A stretch of 64,000 nt of DNA, taken from NCBI GenBank assembly GCA_963766735.1, contig CAVYBU010000002.1, positions 1 to 64,000 of the forward strand, given 5' to 3'. A program made the position numbers and the translations under genes. Within the stretch, counting starts at the first letter, position 1, and the number at the start of each line of letters is the position of its first letter. Of the stretch, positions 1 to 8,220 are shown piece by piece. The notes beneath the pieces are model-generated. The model was not told the origin of the DNA. It did no database searches and saw only the letters and a list, made by a program, of their open reading frames with translations. This stretch comes from an uncultured Chloroflexia bacterium. Lineage in GTDB: Bacteria > Chloroflexota > Limnocylindria > Limnocylindrales > CSP1-4.

Positions 1-91
1 CCGTGTCGAACGGATGGTCGATAGCGCACGCCCAACGGCCGCCGAGCAGGCGCCCGACAGCTGCCGAGCACGCGCCCGAGTGGCCCGCGGT

Positions 92-1654
92 TCAGGCCTC
101 CGGCGGGTAGCCCGTGATGTGGCGGATCTCCGCGTAGAGAGGCTGGAGCCGCTCGTACAGCTTCAGGTACACGCCGCGGTACAGGTCCTCGTACAGCCGG
201 CTGTTCGCCGGGTCCGGGTCCCGCGTCTCGGCCACCCTCGTCATCGCGGCCACAGCCGCCTCGAAGGAGGGGTGCAGCCCCAGGCCCACGGCGACGTCGA
301 TTGCCGCGCCCAACCCGGACGTCTCGTGGGTATGCGGAAGCGACGCCGGCAGCCCGAACACGTCGGCGATGAGCTGGACCGCGGCCGGGCTCTGGCTGCC
401 ACCACCGGACACCCGCAGCTCGCGGATGGGCACCTTCGTCCGCCTGACCGTCCGCTCGGCGCCCTCGCGCAGGGCATACGCGAGCCCCTCGAGGATCGCG
501 CGATACAGGTGGGCGCGAGTGTGCACGTCGCCCCAGCCGATGACGGCGCCCTTCGCCTCCGGGCCTGGTATCCGGATTCCCGGCGACCAGTACGGCTGGA
601 GCATCAGGCCCATCGACCCAGGCGGGGTGGGGGCGAGCAGCTCGTCGAACAGGGTCTCGGGCGCGACCCCGAGGCTGGCGGCCCGTGCAACTTCCGCGGA
701 CCCGAACTCACGCTTGAACCACTCGATCATCCAGTACCCGCGGTAGATCTGGATCTCCATGCTGTACGCCCCGGGCACTGCGGCCGGGTAGGGCGGCACG
801 ATGGGGATCACCTCCACGTACCGTCGATGGGTGGTGTTGATCGTGGCCGTCGTGCCCAACGAGATCGCCCCGATGTGCGGTTCCACGGCACCCGATCCCA
901 GGACCTCGCACGCCTTGTCGCCTGCGGCCGCAACCATCGGCAGGCCGGCGGGAATCCCGGTCGCCTCCGCGGCCGCGGCGCTGATCGTCCCGAGGGTGTC
1001 GCCCGGTGGCACCAGTTCCGACAGCCACTCGCGCCGGAGGGGGACCGCCTGCCACTTCCAGCTGCCGGGCCTTGCCCAGCGCATCTCCTTGTAGTCGAAC
1101 GGCAGGTATCCGACCTGGGAGGCCACCGAGTCGACGAACCGCCCCGTCAGCCGGTAGGTGAGATACCCCGACAGGACCATGTAGTGGCGGACCTTCGCCC
1201 ACATCTCGGGCTCCGTCCGGTGGAGGACGTTCGCCTCGGCCTCGGCCATGAAGGTGGCGACCGTCTGGGTTGCACCGGCGATCCTGAAGGCCAAACCCCA
1301 CTTGCCGCCGATTCGCGGCAGGCCCTCCGCCCTCCGCTGGTCCAGCCAGACCATGGCCGGGCGCAGCGGAATGCCGTCCTCGCCGGTGACCACGACGGTT
1401 CCGCGCTGGGCGGTCAGCGCTACACCGGCGATGGCATCCCGTCGGCCCTCGGGCAGCTCCCACAGCTGCCGGCACGCCTCCGCGATCGATCGCCAGTAGA
1501 GGTCCGCGTCCTGCTCGCAGACGCCGGGCGGGCCCGGGAGGTAGGGCTCGGTGGGAACCTTGGCCCTGGCAAGGAGGTTGCCGGCCGGATCGAAGATCAT
1601 CGCGCGGACGCTCTGCGTGCCGATGTCCAGGGCGAGGATGCGGTCGGCTGTCAT
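92..1654 (-). CDS. FGGY-family carbohydrate kinase
   Basis: N-terminal ALDIGTQSVRA phosphate loop, GDKACE, SLGTT and RVSGGGSQS motifs of FGGY kinases; 520 aa. Confidence 0.9.
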   Translation of the reverse strand: MTADRILALDIGTQSVRAMIFDPAGNLLARAKVPTEPYLPGPPGVCEQDADLYWRSIAEACRQLWELPEGRRDAIAGVALTAQRGTVVVTGEDGIPLRPAMVWLDQRRAEGLPRIGGKWGLAFRIAGATQTVATFMAEAEANVLHRTEPEMWAKVRHYMVLSGYLTYRLTGRFVDSVASQVGYLPFDYKEMRWARPGSWKWQAVPLRREWLSELVPPGDTLGTISAAAAEATGIPAGLPMVAAAGDKACEVLGSGAVEPHIGAISLGTTATINTTHRRYVEVIPIVPPYPAAVPGAYSMEIQIYRGYWMIEWFKREFGSAEVARAASLGVAPETLFDELLAPTPPGSMGLMLQPYWSPGIRIPGPEAKGAVIGWGDVHTRAHLYRAILEGLAYALREGAERTVRRTKVPIRELRVSGGGSQSPAAVQLIADVFGLPASLPHTHETSGLGAAIDVAVGLGLHPSFEAAVAAMTRVAETRDPDPANSRLYEDLYRGVYLKLYERLQPLYAEIRHITGYPPEA

Positions 1655-1690
1655 GCCGGGGCCACCACGTTCATTCCGCTGCCTCCGCGT

Positions 1691-3298
1691 TCATCCGTGG
1701 CGGTCGGACAGGAGCACGCCCGGGTTCATCATCCCCTCGGGATCGAACGTCCGGACAATCGACGCAAGGGCCGCCATCCCGAGCGGGCCCTTCTCGGCGG
1801 CGAGGTAGGGAGCATGGTCCGTGCCGACGCCGTGGTGGTGGGTGATCGTGGCGCCCTCCGCACTGATCGTGTCAAGGGCGGCTCGCTTCAGCGCCTGCCA
1901 CCGCGCCAGCGTCTCGTCCGGGTCCGCGGCCAGCCGGAACAGGTACGTGAGGTAGAGGCTGGAGCCGGATGGGTACACGTGCGACAGGTGCGTGAACAGG
2001 TGCACCCGTTCGCCCCACGGCGCGAGGGCGCCGGCCATCGACGCCTCCAGGCGTGCGAGGAGGAGCGGCACCTGGGCCCAGTCCGTGGCGGTCTCGAGCG
2101 TGTCCGATCCGTAGCCGGCGGCCCATAGCGCGTTGCGCAGGTACGGCGAGCGGAATCGGGTGCGGTACCAGGTCCGGGCGAGCGACGGGATCCGCGTCCC
2201 GTGGTGCTTCCGCAGGACGGAGGCGGCCTCCGCGGCCGCGGCTTTGGCGATGCGGCGTCGACCGGCCACCCCGACCAGGAGCAGGACCCAGTCGCTGGGC
2301 CGGCCGCGGAGCCGCAGGTAGGTCGTCAGCGCGCGGGTCTGCGACGGGCGATCCGCGAAGGCGAGCAGGGTCCGCGTCTCGGCGGGTGTGGACAGGCGGA
2401 GGAGCGAGAGGCCGGACCTGGCCTGCGCAAGCTCCCGGACGGCCTCCTGACCCTCGGACCAGCCCGGCAGCGCCCACGCCTCCATCCGCTCCATCTCGGG
2501 AAGGGGACTGGCGCGCAGGATCACGTCCGTCAGGAACCCGAGGCGCCCCTCGGAGCCCAGGACCAGCTGGCGAAGGTCGGGACCCGCGGCCGAGGCCGGG
2601 TAGGGCGCCATGTCCATTGTTCCCGCGGGGGCCTCCAGCGTCCCGCCCGCGTACAGCTGCTCGATCCGCCCGACACCGAGGCTCTTGAGGCCCGAGCCAC
2701 GTGCGGCAACCCAGCCGCCGACCGTCGCCTGCTCCCAGGACTGCGGCTCATGGCCGATGGTCAGGCCACGAGCCGCGAGCTCGGTGGCCAGTTCCGGCCC
2801 GGTGATCCCGGCGCCCACGGTGGCGAGGCCGCTGCGCTCTTCCACCTGCAGGACGGCCGCGAGCCCCGCGAGGTCGACCGTGATGAGGGGGTCCGGACTC
2901 CGGCGGGCGCTGACGCCGCCGACGACGCTGGTGCCGCCGCCGTACGGGATCAGGCGGGCAGCACGCTCGCGCGCGATGTCGATGAGGCGGCGGACGTCGG
3001 CGTTGGCCTCCGGCCGGGCGACGGCGTCCGGCACGGCCTCGAGGCGACCGGAGCGGAGCGCGACCAGGTCCGGGAACGACTGGCCGCGAGCCCGCCGGAC
3101 GCGGAGCTCGGGGTCCACTGACAGGAGAGGGTCGTCGATGCTCGCGAGGCGGCTCGGCGGGACCGCGGCCACCACCTGCTCGAGCGTCGCGTCGCGCGGT
3201 GGGACGCCGGGGCCGAGCGTCTTCTCCAGGAACCTGCGCCCCGTCCCGCCGACCTGGGTGTCGTCGGCCTCGTCGCCCCAACCGTTCCAGCGTCGCAT
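1691..3298 (-). CDS. FAD-linked oxidoreductase, alkylglycerone-phosphate synthase-like
   Basis: Starts MRRWNGWG; PYGGGTSVVGG FAD-binding motif, GSEGRLG, HHHGVG and DPEGMMNPG C-terminus. Start moved to 3298, where CACGAT lies 6 nt upstream. Confidence 0.85.
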   Translation of the reverse strand: MRRWNGWGDEADDTQVGGTGRRFLEKTLGPGVPPRDATLEQVVAAVPPSRLASIDDPLLSVDPELRVRRARGQSFPDLVALRSGRLEAVPDAVARPEANADVRRLIDIARERAARLIPYGGGTSVVGGVSARRSPDPLITVDLAGLAAVLQVEERSGLATVGAGITGPELATELAARGLTIGHEPQSWEQATVGGWVAARGSGLKSLGVGRIEQLYAGGTLEAPAGTMDMAPYPASAAGPDLRQLVLGSEGRLGFLTDVILRASPLPEMERMEAWALPGWSEGQEAVRELAQARSGLSLLRLSTPAETRTLLAFADRPSQTRALTTYLRLRGRPSDWVLLLVGVAGRRRIAKAAAAEAASVLRKHHGTRIPSLARTWYRTRFRSPYLRNALWAAGYGSDTLETATDWAQVPLLLARLEASMAGALAPWGERVHLFTHLSHVYPSGSSLYLTYLFRLAADPDETLARWQALKRAALDTISAEGATITHHHGVGTDHAPYLAAEKGPLGMAALASIVRTFDPEGMMNPGVLLSDRHG

Positions 3299-3738
3299 GC
3301 GTCCATCGTGCCCCATCGCCGGACCGGGCGGAACGCCGGCGCGCCAACATTCGGCACGAGCCGGCAGTCGGGCCGGGGCGTCCGCGGCGGTGATCGGCAC
3401 CCGACCTCGAGCAACAGGCCCGCGATCATGGCCGGTGCTATCAAGGGCCACGTTCGGACCCGGGGCTGAGCGAACCGCCGGGACGAGGCGTCGCGGGGCC
3501 TCCCGCATCACTTCCGGTGATGGCCGCGGCACTACCCCGTCCGACGGCACCGGGCCGACGTCCGACTGGCGTGGGATAGCACTGGCGGTGATCTGGCGGG
3601 GCCGGGCCGTCGACCCCGGCTGGCGGCCGGACGCTCCGTCGCCCTCCTCCGGCCGTGGCCCTCACCGGCCTGACCCAGCACAGAAGAAGGGATGCTTCCA
3701 TCCGCCACCTTTGCGGCCCTCCGGGCAAGGAGTCTGCC

Positions 3739-4599
3739 TCAGACGGGTGGCCAGGGCATTGCGGGCCAGCGTGGGTCCGGTTGCGGGAAGATGCCCGCGG
3801 CGAGGAGCCGGTCCAGGCGGCGCGTGGTGGCCGACACCTCGATCGGGTCGAGGAGCGCGCGCAGGTCCCTGCCGAGAGCCTCGTCCATGCCCGCGCGGAG
3901 CGCCCGCAGGACGCCTGCCTCCTCGGCGAGGAACGGCTGCCCGCGCCACTCCCAGAGCACCGTCCGGAGCTTCGGCACGGGCGAGAACGTCACGCCGTGG
4001 TCCACGCCGTAGATGTGGCCGCCCGGGACCGGGACCAGGTGCCCCGCCTTGCGGTCCGTGTTGTTGACCGCGGCGTCGAACACGGCAATCCGTCGCAGGC
4101 GCGGATCGGAGTCCACCACCAGGGCGACCGGGTCCGTCTCGCCGTCACTCCGGATCCAGAGCTGGACCATGCCGAGACCGAACGGGCCGTCCCGGAGGAC
4201 CGTCGGCGGGACGATGCCCCAGCCGCTGGCCCGCGAGACGGCGAATGCCGCAACCTCGCGCCTTGCGAGGGTGCCGTCCGGAAAGTCGTGAAGGGGCCGC
4301 TCGCCGGCGATCGGCTTGTAGATGCACGCCGCCTCGAGACCGCCGGCGCTCACGACGGCCAGCATCGCGCTGTTGGACGACACCCAGAGTTGCCCGATGA
4401 TGCGCAGCTCGCCGCCGGTCAGGAGCTCGAGGGCGGCGTCCTCCGGCAGGACCGGCATCGGCAGGCCGAGCTGCTCGATGGAGACACGGGAGTCGTGCTC
4501 GTCTGTCGCATCGACATCATCGGCATCGTCAGCCGCCTCGTCGACGGCCTCGTCATCGATTGCCCCGTCGGGCGCTTCGTCCTCCAGCGGGTCGTCCAC
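3739..4599 (-). CDS. SCO1664-family PI3/4-kinase-like protein
   Basis: IYKPIAGERPLHDFPDGTLARRE, NNTDRKAGH, DHGVTF and KLRTVLW motifs, C-terminal PWPP. The GTG start is inferred. Confidence 0.8.
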   Translation of the reverse strand: MDDPLEDEAPDGAIDDEAVDEAADDADDVDATDEHDSRVSIEQLGLPMPVLPEDAALELLTGGELRIIGQLWVSSNSAMLAVVSAGGLEAACIYKPIAGERPLHDFPDGTLARREVAAFAVSRASGWGIVPPTVLRDGPFGLGMVQLWIRSDGETDPVALVVDSDPRLRRIAVFDAAVNNTDRKAGHLVPVPGGHIYGVDHGVTFSPVPKLRTVLWEWRGQPFLAEEAGVLRALRAGMDEALGRDLRALLDPIEVSATTRRLDRLLAAGIFPQPDPRWPAMPWPPV

Positions 4600-4604
4600 C
4601 AGGC

Positions 4605-5162
4605 TCAGTTCAGGCGGTGCCCGTTGCGCCGCGGGCAGAGATGGCCCTGCGGGTCCAGGGCCTGGCCGCACAGCGGGCACGGCGGGCGACCGGCTGCGAT
4701 CACCCGCAACGCACGCGCCACGAACTCGCGGGCGACGAGGGCCGTGAGGCGGACGCGGAGGAGGTCGGGCCCGTCCTCGTCGTCGTCATCCTCGAAGGCC
4801 TCGCCTTCGTCCTCGTCGTCCTCGAGCATCTCGCGCGCCTCGATCAGGACCAGCTCCTCGCCCGTGTCCCAGCCCAGCGACAGCGTGCCGACGCGGAAGG
4901 CCTCGTTGATCGGCTCATCCAGCGCGTGCGCCGACGGCATGTCGTCGAGCTCGTCGGTGCCCTCGACGCCCCTCTGCGCGAGCTCGTCCAGGAGCTCTGT
5001 CAGGCGCTGGCAGACGGCCGCGACCTGGATCTTCTCGAGCGCAACGGACGTGATCCGCGCACCGTCCCGCGCCTGCAGGAAGAAGGTGCGGTTGCCGGGC
5101 TCGCCGACCGTGCCGGTGAGGAAGTGATCGGGGCTGTCGAACAGGTAGCGGCGTCGGGTCAT
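4605..5162 (-). CDS. DUF3090 family protein
   Basis: GTVGEPGNRTFFLQA, LEKIQV and C-terminal GRPPCPLCGQALDPQGHLCPRRNGH; canonical neighbour of SCO1664. Confidence 0.85.
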   Translation of the reverse strand: MTRRRYLFDSPDHFLTGTVGEPGNRTFFLQARDGARITSVALEKIQVAAVCQRLTELLDELAQRGVEGTDELDDMPSAHALDEPINEAFRVGTLSLGWDTGEELVLIEAREMLEDDEDEGEAFEDDDDEDGPDLLRVRLTALVAREFVARALRVIAAGRPPCPLCGQALDPQGHLCPRRNGHRLN

Positions 5163-5229
5163 GGGATCCTGGGAACGGGGTGGGGTTGCCGGATGCGGCC
5201 GGGGTGGAGAAGCGTACCGGAACTCGGCG

Positions 5230-6870
5230 TCAGGCGACCTTGACGGAGACCTGGTGGTGGCCCCGAGCACCGTCGGGGTCCGGGCGAGAGAGATCCGCGG
5301 TCTGGACCTCGCCGTTTCCGTCCGTGGCGCGGACGGCAATCGTGTGGTCGCCCGAGGTTGCCTGCCAGGCCCACTGCCACTGCAACCACGTCTGCGGGCC
5401 GATGGCCGTCGCGAGGGTGGCCTCGTTCCACTCGCCGCCATCAACGCTCACCTCGACCCGCGAGATCCCGCGGTCCGGTGCCCAGGCGACCCCTGCCACC
5501 GGGACCGGCCCCGGCTGCAGCGAGCTGCTCCGGCGCGGAGTGTCGATCCGGGACTGGGTGAGGATCGGCGCCTCCTTGGCCCAGCCCCGCGGGACCCAGT
5601 ACGCGTCGAAGGCCTCCATCGTGGTCAGCTCGAGCTCCTTGAGCCACTTCGTGGCGGAGACGTAGCCAAACAGGCCCGGCACGATGAGGCGGGCGGGGAA
5701 CCCGTGGAGGGCGGGGAGCGGCTGGTCGTTCATGCGGACGGCGATGAGGGCGTCGCGGGGGTGTGCCGGGTCCGTGATCCAGGCCGTGGGAAAGCCCGCC
5801 GTCCAGCCGTCCACCGATCGCGGCACGATCTGCGTCGCGCCCGGCTGGACGCCCGCCATCTCGAGGACGTCGGTGAGGCGGACGCCCGTCCACTTCGCGT
5901 TGCCGATGAGGTCTCCGCCGACCTCGTTGCTGACGCAGGCGATGGTGACGTAACGCTCGATGAGTGGGAGCTCGAGGAGGTCATCCATGGACAGCGTGAT
6001 CTCGCGGTCCACCATGCCGAAGACGCGGAGCTGCCACGTGGCGACGTCCACCGACGGGGTGACAAGAGCAGTATCGATGCGGTAGAAGTCCTCGTTCGCG
6101 ATGACGAGGGACGTGATTCCATCGACGGCGAGGCTGGCGTCCGGTGGTGGAGTGGGGGCGGGGTCCACGATGCCCGGCAGGGGAGCGGCGGTGGCGCCGG
6201 GGTCCCCGTCCGTGCCGCCGGTCCCCGCGGTGGCGTTGGCCGTGGCGCGCCCCTCAAGCAGCGCCCGCCCGACGCCGCCACCCACGACGGCCAGGGCGCC
6301 GACCGTGCCGGCCCGCAGCAGGAATCCGCGACGGCCGCCGTCCGGGGAGCCGGCCCGCACCGGGGCTGCCGCCAGCAGGAAGACGAGCACCTGGATGCCG
6401 ACACCGGCCTGGAGGGCGGCGGAGAGGATGGTGGCCGCGGCAGCGGCCGTGGGCAGGCGGAGGCCGGCGAGCGCGCCCACCCCGGCGATGGCGGCAATCC
6501 CGATCGCGGCCGGCAGCAGGCTCCGGCGCGCGACCAGGCCGAGCGCGGCGCCGGCGAGCAGCACGACCGCGGTGATCAGGACGCCAAGGGCGAGCTTGTC
6601 CGCCGTCCCGAAGAGGGAGACCATCAGGTCCTTGGACCCTGGCGGCGCGTAGTCGATAACCGCGGCGCCGACAGCTGCCAGGGGCGAGGGGACGCCCGGC
6701 AGCAGGCCTGCGATCAGCTCGCCCGTGGCGAGGGCGGCGGCGGCGGCGGCGACCCCGGCGAGAGCGGCCCGCGCGCGCGGGACCGGCCCGGGCGCGTCCG
6801 TGGACGAGGGCGGCGCAGGGGGCACCGCGTTCGCGGGCACGGGTTCCTCGTTCGTCGTCGGCATCGTCAT
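5230..6870 (-). CDS. Membrane-anchored sulfite-oxidase-family molybdopterin oxidoreductase
   Basis: N-terminal TM helices, FYRIDTAL, Mo-ligating CVSNEVGG, HGFPARLIVPGLFGYVSATKW, and C-terminal Ig-like dimerisation domain. Confidence 0.9.
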   Translation of the reverse strand: MTMPTTNEEPVPANAVPPAPPSSTDAPGPVPRARAALAGVAAAAAALATGELIAGLLPGVPSPLAAVGAAVIDYAPPGSKDLMVSLFGTADKLALGVLITAVVLLAGAALGLVARRSLLPAAIGIAAIAGVGALAGLRLPTAAAAATILSAALQAGVGIQVLVFLLAAAPVRAGSPDGGRRGFLLRAGTVGALAVVGGGVGRALLEGRATANATAGTGGTDGDPGATAAPLPGIVDPAPTPPPDASLAVDGITSLVIANEDFYRIDTALVTPSVDVATWQLRVFGMVDREITLSMDDLLELPLIERYVTIACVSNEVGGDLIGNAKWTGVRLTDVLEMAGVQPGATQIVPRSVDGWTAGFPTAWITDPAHPRDALIAVRMNDQPLPALHGFPARLIVPGLFGYVSATKWLKELELTTMEAFDAYWVPRGWAKEAPILTQSRIDTPRRSSSLQPGPVPVAGVAWAPDRGISRVEVSVDGGEWNEATLATAIGPQTWLQWQWAWQATSGDHTIAVRATDGNGEVQTADLSRPDPDGARGHHQVSVKVA

Positions 6871-6953
6871 CTCGTCCAGTTCGCCCCTCGTCCACGGTTC
6901 CATCGGGCGGCACAGCGTACGGCAGATGCGTGACGCGTCCGTGACGGGTTGAC

Positions 6954-7149
6954 CTACGCGCGGTACAGAGTCGCGGGCGAGATCCGCAGGAACATCTGTT
7001 GCGCCGTGGTGGAGGCGAAGAAGTCGTTCGCGGTGCCCGCGGTGTTCGGCGGGAACAGGGCGTTGGCGGCGAGCGGCAGCAGGAACGCCCCGAACAGGAT
7101 CAGCCCCAGCCACGTCCCGAACCCGACCAGCGCCGCGGAGGCCGCGCCC
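6954..7149 (-). pseudogene. Probable remnant of an ABC-2-type permease
   Basis: The hydrophobic segment AASAALVGFGTWLGLILFG...RISPATLY resembles an internal part of ABC-2 permeases; there is no plausible start or N-terminal half. Confidence 0.4.
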
Positions 7150-7317
7150 GGATCCGAGTGTTCGTGGGTCAGGACGTTGGGTGCAACTGGAAGATGTCCG
7201 GGCCCTCCGGCCGGCCGCGCCGATGATATGGCGAAACGCCTGAGGGACTGTGAGGCCGCCACGCTACGATCGTGATCACCGTCGTCGGTCCGGCGCGGCG
7301 CCAAGCGTGAGGATCCC

Positions 7318-8208
7318 ATGCCGCTCCAGCCCCGTTTCGGCCTGTTCATGAGCCAGGCCAACAAGCCGTGGACGCAGGTCCTCGACGAGTTCGTCATGGC
7401 CGAGGAGCTCGGCTTCGACACGGCGTGGCTCGTGGACCACCTCCTGGATACGGACGGCCCGCCGGAGCACCCGTGCCTTGAGTCGTGGACGCTGCTGGCG
7501 GCGATCGCCGCGCGCACCTCTCGGATCCGCATCGGTGTGCTGGTGACCAGCAACACGTTCCGCCATCCCGCGATCCTGGCCAAGGAGGCCGTCACCGTCG
7601 ACCACATCAGCGGCGGACGCGTGATCCTGGGCATGGGGACGGGCTGGCACGAGGGCGAGCATCGCCGCTACGGCATCGACATGCCACCGGCCGTAGAGCG
7701 TGTCGACCGGCTGGAGGAGGCCGTCGAGCTGGTCGTGCGGCTCATGACGGAGCCGCGCGTGACCTTCGAGGGCCGTCACTACCGCACCGAGGACGCCGTC
7801 TTCGAGCCGCGCCCGGTCCAGCAGCCGCGGATCCCGCTCCTGATTGCCGCTCATCGCCCACGGATGATCCGGATCGCCGCGCGCTGGGCGGACCAGTGGG
7901 ACACCTTCCCCGAGCTCGCCGGAGCCGCCACGGATGGGGTGACGACCTCTGTGGAGGAGCGGATGGCGGCGTTCGAGGCCGGGTGCACGGCCGCCGGGCG
8001 GGACCCGGGCGCGGTGCGGCGCTCGACGTGGGCGCTGCCGGCGGCCGTCGCAAGCGAGGCGGCCTACGAGGCGTTCGCCCGTCGCCAGCTGGAGCTCGGG
8101 TTCACGGACATCTCCGTGGTGCCGGCCGGTGTGCCGGTCGACCGTCTCCGCCGGATTGCCGAGACCGTCGTTCCGGACCTGCGACAGGAGTTCGCGCCGC
8201 GTCGCTGA
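7318..8208 (+). CDS. LLM-class (luciferase-like) flavin/F420-dependent oxidoreductase
   Basis: GFDTAWLVDH, FRHPAILAKEAVTVDHISGGRVILGMGTGW. Confidence 0.9.
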   Translation: MPLQPRFGLFMSQANKPWTQVLDEFVMAEELGFDTAWLVDHLLDTDGPPEHPCLESWTLLAAIAARTSRIRIGVLVTSNTFRHPAILAKEAVTVDHISGGRVILGMGTGWHEGEHRRYGIDMPPAVERVDRLEEAVELVVRLMTEPRVTFEGRHYRTEDAVFEPRPVQQPRIPLLIAAHRPRMIRIAARWADQWDTFPELAGAATDGVTTSVEERMAAFEAGCTAAGRDPGAVRRSTWALPAAVASEAAYEAFARRQLELGFTDISVVPAGVPVDRLRRIAETVVPDLRQEFAPRR

Positions 8209-8220
8209 GGCCGCGGACGA

